From: Nitrospirota bacterium
Lineage (GTDB): Bacteria; Nitrospirota; JACRHJ01
Reading direction: 5' to 3'
Assembly (NCBI GenBank): GCA_963733375.1
Contig: CAVTDB010000025.1
Span: forward strand, 87,882 to 151,881
DNA length: 64,000 nucleotides
Shown here: piece after piece, positions 1 to 10,863 of the stretch
Position numbering within the stretch: position 1 is the stretch's first letter
Layout: the number at the start of each line of letters is the position of its first letter
Notes under the pieces: generated by a model
Seen by the model: the letters and a program-made list of their open reading frames with translations, nothing else
The model's database searches: none
Told to the model about the DNA's origin: nothing
Program-made: the position numbers and the translations under genes

Positions 1-60
1 TGCTATAATTAAATAATCATCGGGAGTATAACATAGGAAACCAAGAGGATTCAATTATTT

Positions 61-1470
61 ATGGTGCGCACAAAGGTGGTGGCGACGGTCGGCCCGGCGT
101 CGGATAGCGAGGAGATGCTGCTGGAATTGATAGCCGCCGGGACGGATACGTTCCGGCTGAACATGTCGCATGGGGAGTTAGACGCTAAACGCGCGCTCAT
201 CAGGCGGATAAGGGAGCTTTCGAGATCGGGCAGGACGGAGCCGTTCTGTATCCTGGGGGACTTGGGCGGGCCTAAGGTGCGTGTCGGGAAACTGGCCGGC
301 GGCAAGGTAAAGCTGGAAGAGGGCGCTACTGTTACCCTTACCTCGGAAGAGATGACCGGTGACGCCTTGCGGGTCCACGTGGGTTACGAAAAACTTGGCG
401 CGGGCCTTAAGCGCGGCTCCCGCATTTTAATCGACGACGGGATGATGGAGCTTAAGGTAAGCGCGGCGAAAGTCGGAGAGGTGCGGGCGAAGGTCGTCAA
501 GGGCGGTATGCTGCTGGAGCATAAGGGGGTAAACTTCCCCGGCATGCCGCTCGAGCTCCCGACGATGACGGAGAAGGATATCGAGGACTTAAAACTGCTG
601 GTGGACGAGGGCGTCGATTATATAGCGCTGTCTTTTGTCCGGAGGGCGTCCGACCCGCTCATGTTGAAGCGCAAAATTGCCGAGATGGGTTCCGACGTGC
701 CTGTGATATCGAAGATCGAGAGGCCGGAGGCGCTTCGTGAGATCAAGGAGATAATAAAGAATTCCGACGCCATAATGGTGGCCAGAGGGGACCTTGGCGT
801 TGAGATGCCGCTTGAGAAAGTGCCGTTCGTCCAGAAGAGGATAATCAGGCTCTGCCACGAGATGAAAAAGCCGGTCATCACCGCGACGCAGATGCTGGAG
901 TCCATGATATGGAACCCCCGTCCCACCAGGGCCGAGGCCTCGGACGTGGCGGGCGCGGTCCTTGACGGCACGGACGCCCTGATGTTATCCGGCGAGACGG
1001 CCTCCGGGAAATACCCGATAGCGGCGGCCGAGATGATGGCCCGGATAGCCGCCAATGCGGAAAACCACCTTTCCCCCGCCCATTACACCTCCGAACCCGG
1101 AGCCCCCGCGGAGGTGATCGCCATATCCGCGTGCCGGAGCGCGGACGCCCTCGGCGCGAAGGCCATAATCTGCTTCACCAGGAGCGGGGACACCGCGCTG
1201 CATATATCCAAGTACAGGCCGCGCACGGCCGTTATAGCCGCCACCCCTTCCGAGAGTACCTTCAGGAGGATGAGGCTCTATTTCGGAGTGATTTCCATGA
1301 TAGTCCGGCAGGAGAGTAACACGGACGCGATGATACGGGAGATGGAGCGGGCGGCGCTTAGCCGGGGGCTTGTGAAGCCTGGAGACGCCATCGTGGTAAC
1401 CCTCGGGGTGCCTTACGGGTCCGGCACGAACCTTCTTAAGGTGCATCATGTCGGACAGTCCTGGGCATAA
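61..1470 (+). CDS. pyk: Pyruvate kinase
   Basis: RTKVVATVGPAS, RLNMSHG, MVARGDLGVE, ATQMLESM and MLSGETA motifs. Confidence 0.97.
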   Translation: MVRTKVVATVGPASDSEEMLLELIAAGTDTFRLNMSHGELDAKRALIRRIRELSRSGRTEPFCILGDLGGPKVRVGKLAGGKVKLEEGATVTLTSEEMTGDALRVHVGYEKLGAGLKRGSRILIDDGMMELKVSAAKVGEVRAKVVKGGMLLEHKGVNFPGMPLELPTMTEKDIEDLKLLVDEGVDYIALSFVRRASDPLMLKRKIAEMGSDVPVISKIERPEALREIKEIIKNSDAIMVARGDLGVEMPLEKVPFVQKRIIRLCHEMKKPVITATQMLESMIWNPRPTRAEASDVAGAVLDGTDALMLSGETASGKYPIAAAEMMARIAANAENHLSPAHYTSEPGAPAEVIAISACRSADALGAKAIICFTRSGDTALHISKYRPRTAVIAATPSESTFRRMRLYFGVISMIVRQESNTDAMIREMERAALSRGLVKPGDAIVVTLGVPYGSGTNLLKVHHVGQSWA

Positions 1471-3915
1471 CAAAATAAAGGACGTCCTCACGCGGGTCGC
1501 CCCCTATCTGGGCGGCGCACTTTTTTTAGTCGCCCTTTTCGTCCTTCGGCATACGCTCCGGAAATACCATTACCACGAGATAATCAGGCATATCAGAAAT
1601 TTGCCGCCAGGGGACGTCCTCCTGGCCCTTGCCCTGACCGCCGCCGGCTACCTTGTGCTTACCGGCTACGACGCCATATCCATCCACTATATCCGCCGGA
1701 CACTGCCGTACAGGAGGACGGCGTTCGCTTCGTACGTGGCCTACGCCTTAAGCCACAGCATCGGCGTCTCCACCTTAAGCGGCGGCGGCGTCCGCTACAG
1801 GCTTTACTCCTCCTGGGGCCTCTCCGCGACCGATGTCGCCAAAGTCGTGATGTTCAACGGCATCACGTTCTGGACCGGGTTCTCTTTTGTCGGGGCGGCG
1901 ATATTCATCCTCCGGCCGATGCCCGTCCCGCCGGGACTACACCTGCCGATACCATCGGACTTCTATGTGGGGCTAATCTGCCTTCTTGCGGTCTCTTCGT
2001 ACCTCTTCGTCTGCGCGTCAAGGAAAAAACCGGTAAAGATTTTCGGCCTGGAACTTCGGGTCCCCCCGCTCTCACTTTGCTTCGCCCAGATAACCATATC
2101 CTCCCTCGACTGGCTTATCGCGGGAAGCGTGCTGTTCGTGCTCCTCCGGCAGGACCTGCACCTGGGCTATCTCGATTTCATCGGCATATTTCTTTTCTCG
2201 CAGATCGCAGGTCTTGCAAGCCAGTCGCCGGGCGGCCTGGGCGTTTTCGAGGTGGTGGCGCTTATCATGCTCTCGCCGTACGCGCCGCCGTCCTCGGTCC
2301 TGGGCTCGCTCCTCGTGTTCCGCGGCGTGTACTACATCCTGCCGATGATTGCGGCAATCCTGATGCTGGGGGCGCAGGAGGCGCTACGGAAGAAGGAATT
2401 TTTCAAGACGGCCATGCTCTCCGCAAGCCGCGCCGCGCCGGTACTCGTGCCGGACTTGTCCGCGATAGCGGTATTCGTCGCGGGTGCGGTACTCCTTGTC
2501 TCCGGGGCGGCGCCGGCCAGGATGTCGAGGATGAGTACCCTGGCGGTTTTCCTGCCGCTGCCGGCGGTTGAGATCGCGCATATAATGGCGGGCCTAACCG
2601 GCATCGTTTTGCTTTTCCTGGCGAGGGGTCTCCAGAGGCGTGTAAAAAACGCCTATTCCCTGTCCGTGCTCGCCCTCACTTTCGGGATAGTCTTCTCCCT
2701 CATGCGGGCGTTCGATTTGGAAGAGGCGATATTCCTCCTTGTCATACTTGCGGGGCTCCTGCCGTTTTCAAGGCTTTTCTACAGGACCGAGCCGCTGAAG
2801 GCCCAGCAGTTATCGATGGGCTGGCTGATAGCGGCAGGGCTTACGGTCGCCTGCTCGGCCGGCGCGGGTGTTTTTATTTACAGACATGCCGAATATACCC
2901 GGGAGCTATGGTTTAAATTCGACTACTACGCGAACGCCGCCCGGTTCTTCCGCACCACCGTCGGCGCGGCGGCGGCCCTCCTCTTTATCGCCGCAAGGTC
3001 GCTAATCCGGCCGCCTCAGCCGAAAGTCGTCCTGCAGCGGCATGGATGACCTCCCGAAGACATTTAATATCGCCTGTTCTTCCGAGCAGCAGCTCTCATT
3101 TCTCGCCCTCCGGGAGGACGTAAAATTCCTGACCGGAGAGAAGACGGATTCGTTCATGCCCGTCGCCCAGGGCGGGAAGTCGGCCGTCTGCCTCGGGGAA
3201 CCCGTCGGGTCGCCGGGAGAAAGGGCGGAGCTTGCCTGGCGTTTCCTGGAGTACTGCGGCAAAAACGATATGAAATCCCTTTTCTACGACCTGCCCCCGG
3301 AAAACCTCCAGGTCTATCTGGACCTGGGACTCAGCTTGATAAAGGTATCCGAAGAGGCGAAGGCTCCGCTGGCGGATAGTCCGCAAGGCCTCATATACCC
3401 CGATGAAACGGGCTTATATAATTTCAGGATGCTCCCGCCCGGTTCCGAGGCGGAAATTGCAGATCTCTCCCGCGGACAGGCTTCTTATAAAATCATTGCC
3501 GCTTGCGGTACTTCAAAGGGGCGGGGAGGTCTTGGCGCTTGCCCCGATATGGCAATGCGCGTCGCGTAAAGAGTTGTCCCCGGTATTCATCCGGACCGCG
3601 CCGGGGGCGAGGGAGGCGATTAACCCGCTGATGGCGGGGCTGTTTGCCTGGGGCAAGAAGAACGGCCTCAAGTGGCTGAACTTGGGTACCGCGCCGCTGC
3701 CCGCGCCCAGGGTACGGGACAACCCGGCCCTCGCGGAAGCCTTGCGCCGCCTGCCGTACACGCACCGCGAGCATTTTGATTCCGCTCTCGCGCTTCGGGA
3801 ATTTAAGGAAAGTTTCAGGCCGGTCTGGGAGCCGAGGTTTATCGCCATCCCGCCCGGAGTTTCCTCGGAAGAGGCGGTCGAGGAAGTGAACAGGCTGACG
3901 AGCCGGACTTCATAG
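1448..3915 (+). CDS. mprF: MprF-like aminoacyl-phosphatidylglycerol flippase/synthase (frameshifted over 3 ORFs)
   Basis: Multi-TM N-terminus with PGGLGVFE; C-terminal fragments with GEPVG, LGxAPL and LREFKESFRPVWEPRF. Confidence 0.85.
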
Positions 3916-4019
3916 CCCTCTGTCCCCTGACTCAAGGCGCGCGCATTTGATCATCTTCGGCCCCTACGCGGCCGCAAGGGTGGCTTATCTTAATAGGGGG
4001 GAATGGAAATTTAACCATT

Positions 4020-4334
4020 ATGGGCGAGCAATTCATAAGCGAGGCGATTAAGCCGGTAACCGAGACGTGCGATTTCTCCAATGCCGCGCCGGGTGCGCCG
4101 TGCCTGCCGCGCGAGTTCATATGGAGGAAAAAGAAGGTAGAGGTGCTTGCGGTAATCCGCACCTGGCGCGAGACCGGCCCCTGCCATCACGGAAGCCCCG
4201 AGATGTACGTCCGCAAGCACTGGTATGAGATCGCGACTAATGAAGGAATAATGAAAATCTACTTCGAGCGCCAGCCGAGAAGAGGCAAGGCTCACAGCAA
4301 AGAGAGATGGTGGGTTTTCAGTATTATTTCTTGA
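4020..4334 (+). CDS. Small conserved protein (DUF6504-like)
   Basis: EQFISEAI...P.LP..F.WR...YVRKHWY pattern. Confidence 0.7.
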   Translation: MGEQFISEAIKPVTETCDFSNAAPGAPCLPREFIWRKKKVEVLAVIRTWRETGPCHHGSPEMYVRKHWYEIATNEGIMKIYFERQPRRGKAHSKERWWVFSIIS

Positions 4335-4415
4335 AAAAACGTTCTTTTCGTATATATTCAATATGAGAAGAAGAAAGACCCATCGCTCATCTTATAAAAA
4401 ATTCCTGGATATTAA

Positions 4416-4844
4416 ATGTGCGAGAAACCTACAGATTTGAATAAAATTGAAAACGTTGAACTTTTGACCAATTTCTACGGCGTTTGGCCTTGTTTTCATG
4501 ATGCAGAGGTAATTTCACTTCACCTCGATCGTTCCGGAGAAGAAGGCCCTTACCTAGAAGCAAAAGTTTATGTCTTTGACGCTACATCTGAAATTGATGA
4601 TAAAGGATTTTTTATTTTAAAGAACAAAGCTCATGTCACGTTACGATTTACAAAAATAATTTTAGACCACATAAATGATTTTAATCATCAAAATGTTTTG
4701 TCCTCAATGGATATTAAAGAAATAAATTCCGCTAACCCTGAAGGAATGAATTACAATATTAAAATGGTCAATTGCTATGGCGGCGGTGTCTCATTGAATT
4801 GCCAAAAAATTAAAGTCCTTGACGTATCACCTTTCGTCAAATAA
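4416..4844 (+). CDS. Imm50-like immunity protein, AT-rich
   Basis: YGVWPCFHDAEV and FNHQNVL motifs; composition much more AT-rich than neighbours. Confidence 0.75.
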   Translation: MCEKPTDLNKIENVELLTNFYGVWPCFHDAEVISLHLDRSGEEGPYLEAKVYVFDATSEIDDKGFFILKNKAHVTLRFTKIILDHINDFNHQNVLSSMDIKEINSANPEGMNYNIKMVNCYGGGVSLNCQKIKVLDVSPFVK

Positions 4845-4888
4845 AGGGGGCAGCACATCGGCCGGCCCCTACCGTAGAAAATAGATAG

Positions 4889-5886
4889 TTATTTAATTTC
4901 CAGCATCCTGTCCAGCGCGCTTTTCGCCGGGATGCGTATCTCTTCCGGGACCTTCACTATGCAGTCCATATGCTCTAAAGTACGCAGCACGCTCTTGATG
5001 GTCGTCTTCTTCATGTTCGGGCAGAGCATGTCTTTGCGCAGGGGATAGAACGTCTTCTCCGGGCTGTCCTTCCTGAGGCGGTACATCAGCCCAAGCTCCG
5101 TGCCGATTATAAATTCCGTAGCACTCGGATTCCTTGCAGTACCTGAGCATCCCGGATGTGCTTGTCACGTAATCGGCCTCGTCCAGCACCTCCATCGGGC
5201 ACTCCGGATGCGCAAGGAGCAGGGCGCCCGGGTGCTGCGCGCGCGCAGTCTGAACGTCTTCCAGGCTCACGCGGTCGTGGATATTGCAGAAGCCGTCCCA
5301 GGCGATTATCTCTTTGCTTGTGTTCTTCGCCGCCCAGGCGGCAAGGTTCTTGTCCGGGACGCAGATTACCCTGTCGCCATCCATCGACTCGACGACCTTC
5401 ACCACGTTCGCCGAGGTACAGCAGATGTCGCTTTCCGCCTTCACCGCCGCGGTGGTGTTGACGTAACTGACTACCGGCACGCCGGGATATTTTGCCTTGA
5501 TGTCGCGCAGGTTGAAGTTCTTCCGGATACGTGTAGCAGAATTCCTTCTGCGTCCCCGGAAAGCGCGTGCCGTAAAAGCGCGGCCCTTCGACAGTCACCA
5601 TATCCGCCATCGGGCATCCGGCGTCCGCCTCCGTTAGAAGCACCGTCTTGTCCGGCGAAAGGATGCTTGCGGACTCCGCCATGAAATGCACCCCGGCGAA
5701 AACAATCACGTCAAAATCCGTATTTGCCGCGATGCGGGAAAGCTCCAGGCTGTCGCCGGTATAGTCCGCGACCTCCTGCACCTCGTCCCGCTGATAATTG
5801 TGCGCGAGGATTACGGCGTTTCGCTCGGACTTCAACTTCGAAATCCGGGCAGCTATATCTTTAAATTCTGAAGAGCCGATAAGCAA
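4889..5886 (-). CDS. nadA: Quinolinate synthase (frameshifted)
   Basis: ILAHNYQ, GVHFMAE, GCPMA, YVNT, AHPEC and CPNMK across 3 ORFs; likely TTG start after AAGGAG. Confidence 0.93.
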
Positions 5887-5904
5887 AGTCAACTCCTTAA
5901 GGTC

Positions 5905-6001
5905 CTTCTTTTCTTTCAGGTGAAAGAAAAGAAGCAAAAGAAAGCCGGGCCAAAAGGCCAGCTCAAAAGTTTTTGGTGTTACCTTTTTACAAAAAGGTAA
6001 C
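5905..6001. repeat. AT-rich double-hairpin intergenic element, copy 1
   Basis: CTTTTCTTTC-n4-GAAAGAAAAG followed by GTTACCTTTTT-n2-AAAAAGGTAAC. Confidence 0.85.
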
Positions 6002-6024
6002 GGTTTATTATATTGAAGTTGACT

Positions 6025-6849
6025 TTACTCGACAAGAGAAATGTTGTTGCCGGAAACGGGGGTTTCGGTGAAGAGTATCGAGCCGTCTTTCAGCTCGACT
6101 TTATATATGGTTTTCGTGTAGCTCGTGCCGGTGACCGGGTTTTTGGAAAGCCGCATCACCTTGCGCACGTAGTTCTTCGTCTCCGGTATCGCGGGGACGC
6201 ACATGCCGTTACGGATTACCTTGCCCTCGCCGCAGTTATAGGCCGCGACGGAAAGCTCCACGTCGCCGTTGAAGCTCTTCAGCAGATAGCGCAGGTATCT
6301 TACCCCCCCGTCTATATTCTGCTCCGGGTCGAATATACTGCGTACGCCCATGTCGGCGGCGGTGGACGGCATAAGCTGCATAAGGCCGCGCGCGCCCTTC
6401 GGGGAGACGGCCTGCGGGTTGAAGTTGGACTCCGCCTTTATGATTGACTTGACCAGGCTGGGGTCCACATTATACTTGTCGCATTTCGCGCTGATTATCC
6501 CGGAAAAAGGCACATTGCTTAATGCGCCGCCCTCTACATAATAATTTTTCTCAGGCGCCCGCTTTATGCCGTCGGCGGATTTCGCCTTTTCCGGAGGCGT
6601 TGTCTTTGCCGTTTCCGTCCCGCTCTTATCTTCCGGGTGTTCCGGGGCAGCCTGGACGTGGGGTTTTTCCCGGACTACCGTCTCGATCCTGGTCTGGTTG
6701 CTCTTGGGTACGTTGGTGAAGACTATCGCGCCGTTCGCGTCTACGTATTTGTAGATGTCAGCGGAGGCCTCTGGTGATGCGGCGGCAAGCAGGACCGGCA
6801 GGATGACGGCCTGAAGCATGAGAAATTTTTTGAAGTTGAATGAAGGCAT
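6025..6849 (-). CDS. Lytic transglycosylase (SLT domain) with N-terminal DUF4124-like domain
   Basis: ADIYKYVD.NG...FTN; IKAESNFNPQAVSPKGARGLMQLMP; AAYN. Confidence 0.92.
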   Translation of the reverse strand: MPSFNFKKFLMLQAVILPVLLAAASPEASADIYKYVDANGAIVFTNVPKSNQTRIETVVREKPHVQAAPEHPEDKSGTETAKTTPPEKAKSADGIKRAPEKNYYVEGGALSNVPFSGIISAKCDKYNVDPSLVKSIIKAESNFNPQAVSPKGARGLMQLMPSTAADMGVRSIFDPEQNIDGGVRYLRYLLKSFNGDVELSVAAYNCGEGKVIRNGMCVPAIPETKNYVRKVMRLSKNPVTGTSYTKTIYKVELKDGSILFTETPVSGNNISLVE

Positions 6850-6991
6850 TATCCTCGTATAACTTGCGCAATGCCGAAAAACTCGCCCAAAACTCGCCCC
6901 TGAACTTGCCACGGGACAGTCACCTTTATATCAAAAAAAATGGCAAAAGTCAAGAAAACTGCGGTAACAAGCGGAAATAATTAGAGATATT

Positions 6992-7801
6992 TTAATTAAC
7001 CCCCGCCTTCGCCCTTGGGTCCGCGATGGGTATCGCCTTCAGGAGGGCCCTGGTGTAAGGGTCTTTTGGGCTATTGTATATCGTCTCCGCGGCGCCCGAC
7101 TCCACTATCTTGCCCCGGTTCATGACCGCGACCTTGTCGCAGAAGTACCGGACGATGTTCAAGTCGTGGGTGATGAACAGGAAGCTTAGGGAGAACTCGT
7201 CCTGGAGGTCCTTAAGGAGGTTTAAGACCTGCGCCTGGATGGAGACGTCCAGCGCGGAGAGGGGCTCGTCCGCGACGATAAGCTCAGGCTTCACGGAAAT
7301 TGCCCTGGCGATGCCTATCCTCTGCCTCTGGCCGCCGGAGAACTCATGCGGGTATTTCCCTATCGCCTCGGGTCCGATGCCGACTTTTCTAAGTATCTCC
7401 GCCACGCGGTCCCGAAGTTCGCTCCCCCTGGCCAGCCCGCTGACAAAAAGCGGCTCGCCCACTATCTCCCCCACTTTCATCCGGGGGTTCAGCGAGGCGT
7501 ACGGGTCCTGGAATATTATCTGCATCCTGCGCCTTAGCTTCCTTAACTCCTCCCGGTCGGCAAGGGTGACGTCCGTGCCGTCGAAGATCACCGACCCTTC
7601 GGTCGGCTCGATAAGCCGAAGGACACACCTGCCCACGGTGGATTTGCCGGAGCCGGATTCGCCGACAAGGCCCAGCACCTCTCCCCTGTTAATCTCGAAA
7701 TCGATGCCGTCAACGGCCTTGACCTGCGTTTTTTCGCCGAAAAAGCCCCTACTCGCAGAAAAATATTTTTTTAGGCCGCTGACCTTTAAAAGCGTTCCCA
7801 T
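6992..7801 (-). CDS. Oligopeptide/dipeptide ABC transporter ATPase (OppF/DppF type)
   Basis: GESGSGKS, FQDPYASLNPR, YPHEFSGGQRQR. Confidence 0.95.
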   Translation of the reverse strand: MGTLLKVSGLKKYFSASRGFFGEKTQVKAVDGIDFEINRGEVLGLVGESGSGKSTVGRCVLRLIEPTEGSVIFDGTDVTLADREELRKLRRRMQIIFQDPYASLNPRMKVGEIVGEPLFVSGLARGSELRDRVAEILRKVGIGPEAIGKYPHEFSGGQRQRIGIARAISVKPELIVADEPLSALDVSIQAQVLNLLKDLQDEFSLSFLFITHDLNIVRYFCDKVAVMNRGKIVESGAAETIYNSPKDPYTRALLKAIPIADPRAKAGVN

Positions 7802-7892
7802 GGTTAAGCATTATCCATTAAAGAAGCCCGCCTGTCAATATCCTGCTCCTTTTCCTTGACATGGCATGCGCCCGCCCTTAATATCTCAGTAT

Positions 7893-8790
7893 ATGCTGAA
7901 CCTGCTTGAGAAAATATACGACCAGATAAAGAAGCTTTACGGGCCCAGGCATTTCGTGGCGCTGGTCGTCCTGATGTTCGTGGTCTCCGCCGCGGGGATA
8001 GCCATCGGCGTAAAGTACACCCGCGTACATCCGGAAGGACCCCGAATACTGCAACAGCTGTCATCTTATGAAGGGGGTATTCTCCGAGTGGGCCTCAAGC
8101 GACCACAAGAGCGTCGCATGCCAGGAGTGCCACAAGCTTACCGTGTTCGAGCAGGACACCCTGCTGATAAAGCATATAATATACGGCAAGACAAAGATAG
8201 GACAGAGCCACGGGAAGAAGCTGCCCTGGAAATCATGCTCCGGCTGCCACTGGGAGCAGAAGGCCCAGGGCAAGGAGGAAAACGTAAAAAGCTACGGCCA
8301 CTTCCGCCACGACTTCCTGGAATGCTTTGACTGCCATCCTTTCGTCGGCCACAACTTCCCCAGCGACCCGGACGCCTGCGTCCGGTGCCACAGGGGCAAG
8401 AAAGTGCACGGCGCGGGGATGGAGGGGCTTCTTTGCGTCAACTGCCATATCTTCAGTATGCGCGAGGGCACGGAACGGAACAGGGTAATACCCACCAGGC
8501 AGCGGTGCGTCAAGTGCCATCAGAAGGTCCAGGCGGACTTCCCGCCCGGTTCTCCCATGTCGAAGCTCGAATGCTTCTCCTGCCATGACCCGCATGGCGA
8601 GATAAAACCGAAAGATTCCCTGTGCACCGGCTGCCATAAGGACTTAACCGACAGGGGCCACGTCGTCCATGTGAAGGCCGCCTGCTCTTCCTGCCATAAG
8701 GCGCATACATGGAAAGTAAACGACCTTAAAGCCGTCTGCTCCTCCTGTCACGGGTACCGGGACCCGTCCGGCGTCTTTCCAATCAGGTAA
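7893..8790 (+). CDS. Membrane-anchored 11-heme cytochrome c with NapC/NirT-like N-terminus (frameshift near 8040)
   Basis: TM helix, then CNSCH in the joining frame plus 10 CxxCH motifs in ORF 8068-8790. Confidence 0.88.
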
Positions 8791-8991
8791 TCATTCCTTA
8801 TAGCTGACATCTTTGCGAAAAGTGGATTCTTTTTTTCGCGCCGCTGCAAAGAAATCCTTATTTATAAATAGTGATATAATATGTCCAGTAGGATGCACCG
8901 TAGGTTCCCACAACAATCTTCTTGGCTAAATATCTTAAATTTCAACGACATAGCAGTATAATTTCCTTATCGCACCTTTTTTTCCTGGTTC

Positions 8992-9007
8992 TGGCACGCG
9001 CCTTGCT
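8992..9007 (+). promoter_or_regulatory. Sigma-54 (-24/-12) promoter
   Basis: TGGCACGCGCCTTGCT matches TGGCACG-N4-TTGC(A/T), about 50 bp upstream of the ATG at 9056. Confidence 0.88.
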
Positions 9008-9055
9008 CTATATAAGAAGCAGGGAAACAAAAAAAACAGGAAAAGGAGGTGTGAC

Positions 9056-9352
9056 ATGACAGACAGGGAAACTTCAAAAAAGCTTGGGCTGGTAGGCGGT
9101 GGAGCAGGGCTGGTGATGTTCCTTCTGTATGGTCTCCTCCAGGGCGCCCTTTTAGGTGGTACGGCGGGCGTGCAGGCTGGGATGGCGACGGGAGAGATGG
9201 TACAGAGAATTCTTGCGGCCGCCGGGATGGTAGCCGGTATGGCGGTTACAGCAATAATATTCATAACCGGAGGGTTTACCTTCGGCAGGATAATCGGATT
9301 GGCGGTAGACGCCGCCAGGAAAGAAGCGCACGTAGAGAAGGCGGTCAACTAA
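9056..9352 (+). CDS. Small Gly/Ala-rich membrane protein, paralog 1
   Basis: AGGAGG RBS; motif KKLGLVGGGAGL..F..YGLLQGALLGG. Confidence 0.85.
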   Translation: MTDRETSKKLGLVGGGAGLVMFLLYGLLQGALLGGTAGVQAGMATGEMVQRILAAAGMVAGMAVTAIIFITGGFTFGRIIGLAVDAARKEAHVEKAVN

Positions 9353-9411
9353 AAGGCGGCCATGACTGCGGGATGCGTTAGGATCACTTAATTCGGGAGG
9401 AGGAAAATAAA

Positions 9412-9765
9412 ATGACGACAAAAACGGCGATAGTTAAAAAATGCGGGTTGGTTGGCGCGGGCGCTGGCATAGCACTTTTCGCGGTATTCGGACTGCTCCA
9501 GGGCGCTCTCCTTGGCGGCACCGCGGGCGTGGCGGTGGCAAACCATATATTCGGGGCCAATACCTTCGAGGTAATGGCGGGCGACCTGCTTCCGAGGATT
9601 ATAGTAGCCGCATGCATGGTGGCCGGGGTCGGAGTAGCCTTCGCCATCCTGGTCTCCGCGGGTACGATGGTCGGCGTCGTCGCCGGATATCTGCTGGCGC
9701 TTGCGCAGCAGAAAGAAGAAGCAAATGAAACCACGCTCGCGCCGGAATCAAACAAGGGCAGGTAG
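9412..9765 (+). CDS. Small Gly/Ala-rich membrane protein, paralog 2
   Basis: GGAGGAGG RBS; KKCGLVGAGAGI..F..FGLLQGALLGG. Confidence 0.85.
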   Translation: MTTKTAIVKKCGLVGAGAGIALFAVFGLLQGALLGGTAGVAVANHIFGANTFEVMAGDLLPRIIVAACMVAGVGVAFAILVSAGTMVGVVAGYLLALAQQKEEANETTLAPESNKGR

Positions 9766-9810
9766 GCAGATACATATGCAATATACACTCGGGCCACAAG
9801 GAGGCTCGCC

Positions 9811-10140
9811 ATGAAATCAAGAAACGTAATAGCCAGGAAAGCTGCTTTAGTCGGGACGGGGATAGGGCTCGCGATGTTCGCCGTGTTCGGGCTGGCGCAG
9901 GGGGCGATGGTCGGCGGAGTAATCGGGCTGGACCTTATCAACAGGACAATGGGGGCGGCAGGTGAGACCCTCATCTCCCGCATCGCGCTCGCGGCCTCAA
10001 TGCTTGCGGGTATCCTGGTAGCCGGCATCGTCTTCATAGTGGTCTTTTCCGCCGCCGGATGGGTGGTGGGCTTTACCGCCGGATGGCTGACAGAGCCTAA
10101 AGGCGCGCCGGAATATCACGCGGAAAAACCTCGGCCATAA
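9811..10140 (+). CDS. Small Gly/Ala-rich membrane protein, paralog 3
   Basis: AGGAGG RBS; RKAALVGTGIGL..F..FGLAQGAMVGG. Confidence 0.85.
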   Translation: MKSRNVIARKAALVGTGIGLAMFAVFGLAQGAMVGGVIGLDLINRTMGAAGETLISRIALAASMLAGILVAGIVFIVVFSAAGWVVGFTAGWLTEPKGAPEYHAEKPRP

Positions 10141-10151
10141 AGCAATACCAT

Positions 10152-10183
10152 TCCCGCCTCTCAACGGGGGCGGGATATTTTAT
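10152..10183 (+). terminator. Intra-operon hairpin (leaky terminator or mRNA stabiliser)
   Basis: TCCCGCCTCT-CAAC-GGGGGCGGGA followed by TATTTTAT. Confidence 0.55.
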
Positions 10184-10203
10184 GTCAAACGGAAGGAGCG
10201 GCC

Positions 10204-10845
10204 ATGTCTAAGACGTCGAAAAAATGGGGGATGGTCATCGACCTTACCCGGTGCACGGGCTGCCACACCTGCAGCGTCGCCTGCAAGGCCGAGAACGATG
10301 TCCCGCCGGGGGTATTTCGGAGCTGGGTAAAAATCCTGGAGAAAGGCGTATACCCGGACGCGAAAAGCTACTCCCTGCCGGTGCTCTGCAACAACTGCGA
10401 GAACGCGGTGTGCGTGCGCGTCTGTCCGGCGACCGCCTCCTATAAGAGGGATGACGGCATAGTGATGATCGACCCGCACAAGTGCGTGGGCTGCAAGTAC
10501 TGCATGGCGGCATGCCCTTATCAGGTGCGCCACATAAACCCCTTGAGGCGCTACGCCCAGAAATGCTTCTTCTGCAGCCACAGGATCGACGCGGGCCTGC
10601 AGCCCGCATGCGTCGAGGCGTGTCCTTCCGGAGCGCGCGTCTTCGGAGACTTGAACGACCCGGATTCCGAGATATCGAAGATCCTTGTCAAAAATGCCGT
10701 CTCCGTATTGAAGCCCGAAGCGGGCACGAAGCCTAACGTATTTTACATCGGCCTGGACAAAGACATCGCCGACCCGCTAAGCGGCGTGGACATCGAGCGC
10801 TTCCAGGAGCACGACATAAAATCCCTCGAAGACATTTTCGGCTAA
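10204..10845 (+). CDS. 4x[4Fe-4S] subunit (NrfC/TtrB/PsrB family)
   Basis: CTGCHTCSVAC, CNNCENAVCVRVCP, CVGCKYCMAACP, KCFFC..PACVEACP. Confidence 0.95.
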   Translation: MSKTSKKWGMVIDLTRCTGCHTCSVACKAENDVPPGVFRSWVKILEKGVYPDAKSYSLPVLCNNCENAVCVRVCPATASYKRDDGIVMIDPHKCVGCKYCMAACPYQVRHINPLRRYAQKCFFCSHRIDAGLQPACVEACPSGARVFGDLNDPDSEISKILVKNAVSVLKPEAGTKPNVFYIGLDKDIADPLSGVDIERFQEHDIKSLEDIFG

Positions 10846-10863
10846 AAGGGGAGGATTAAAAAA

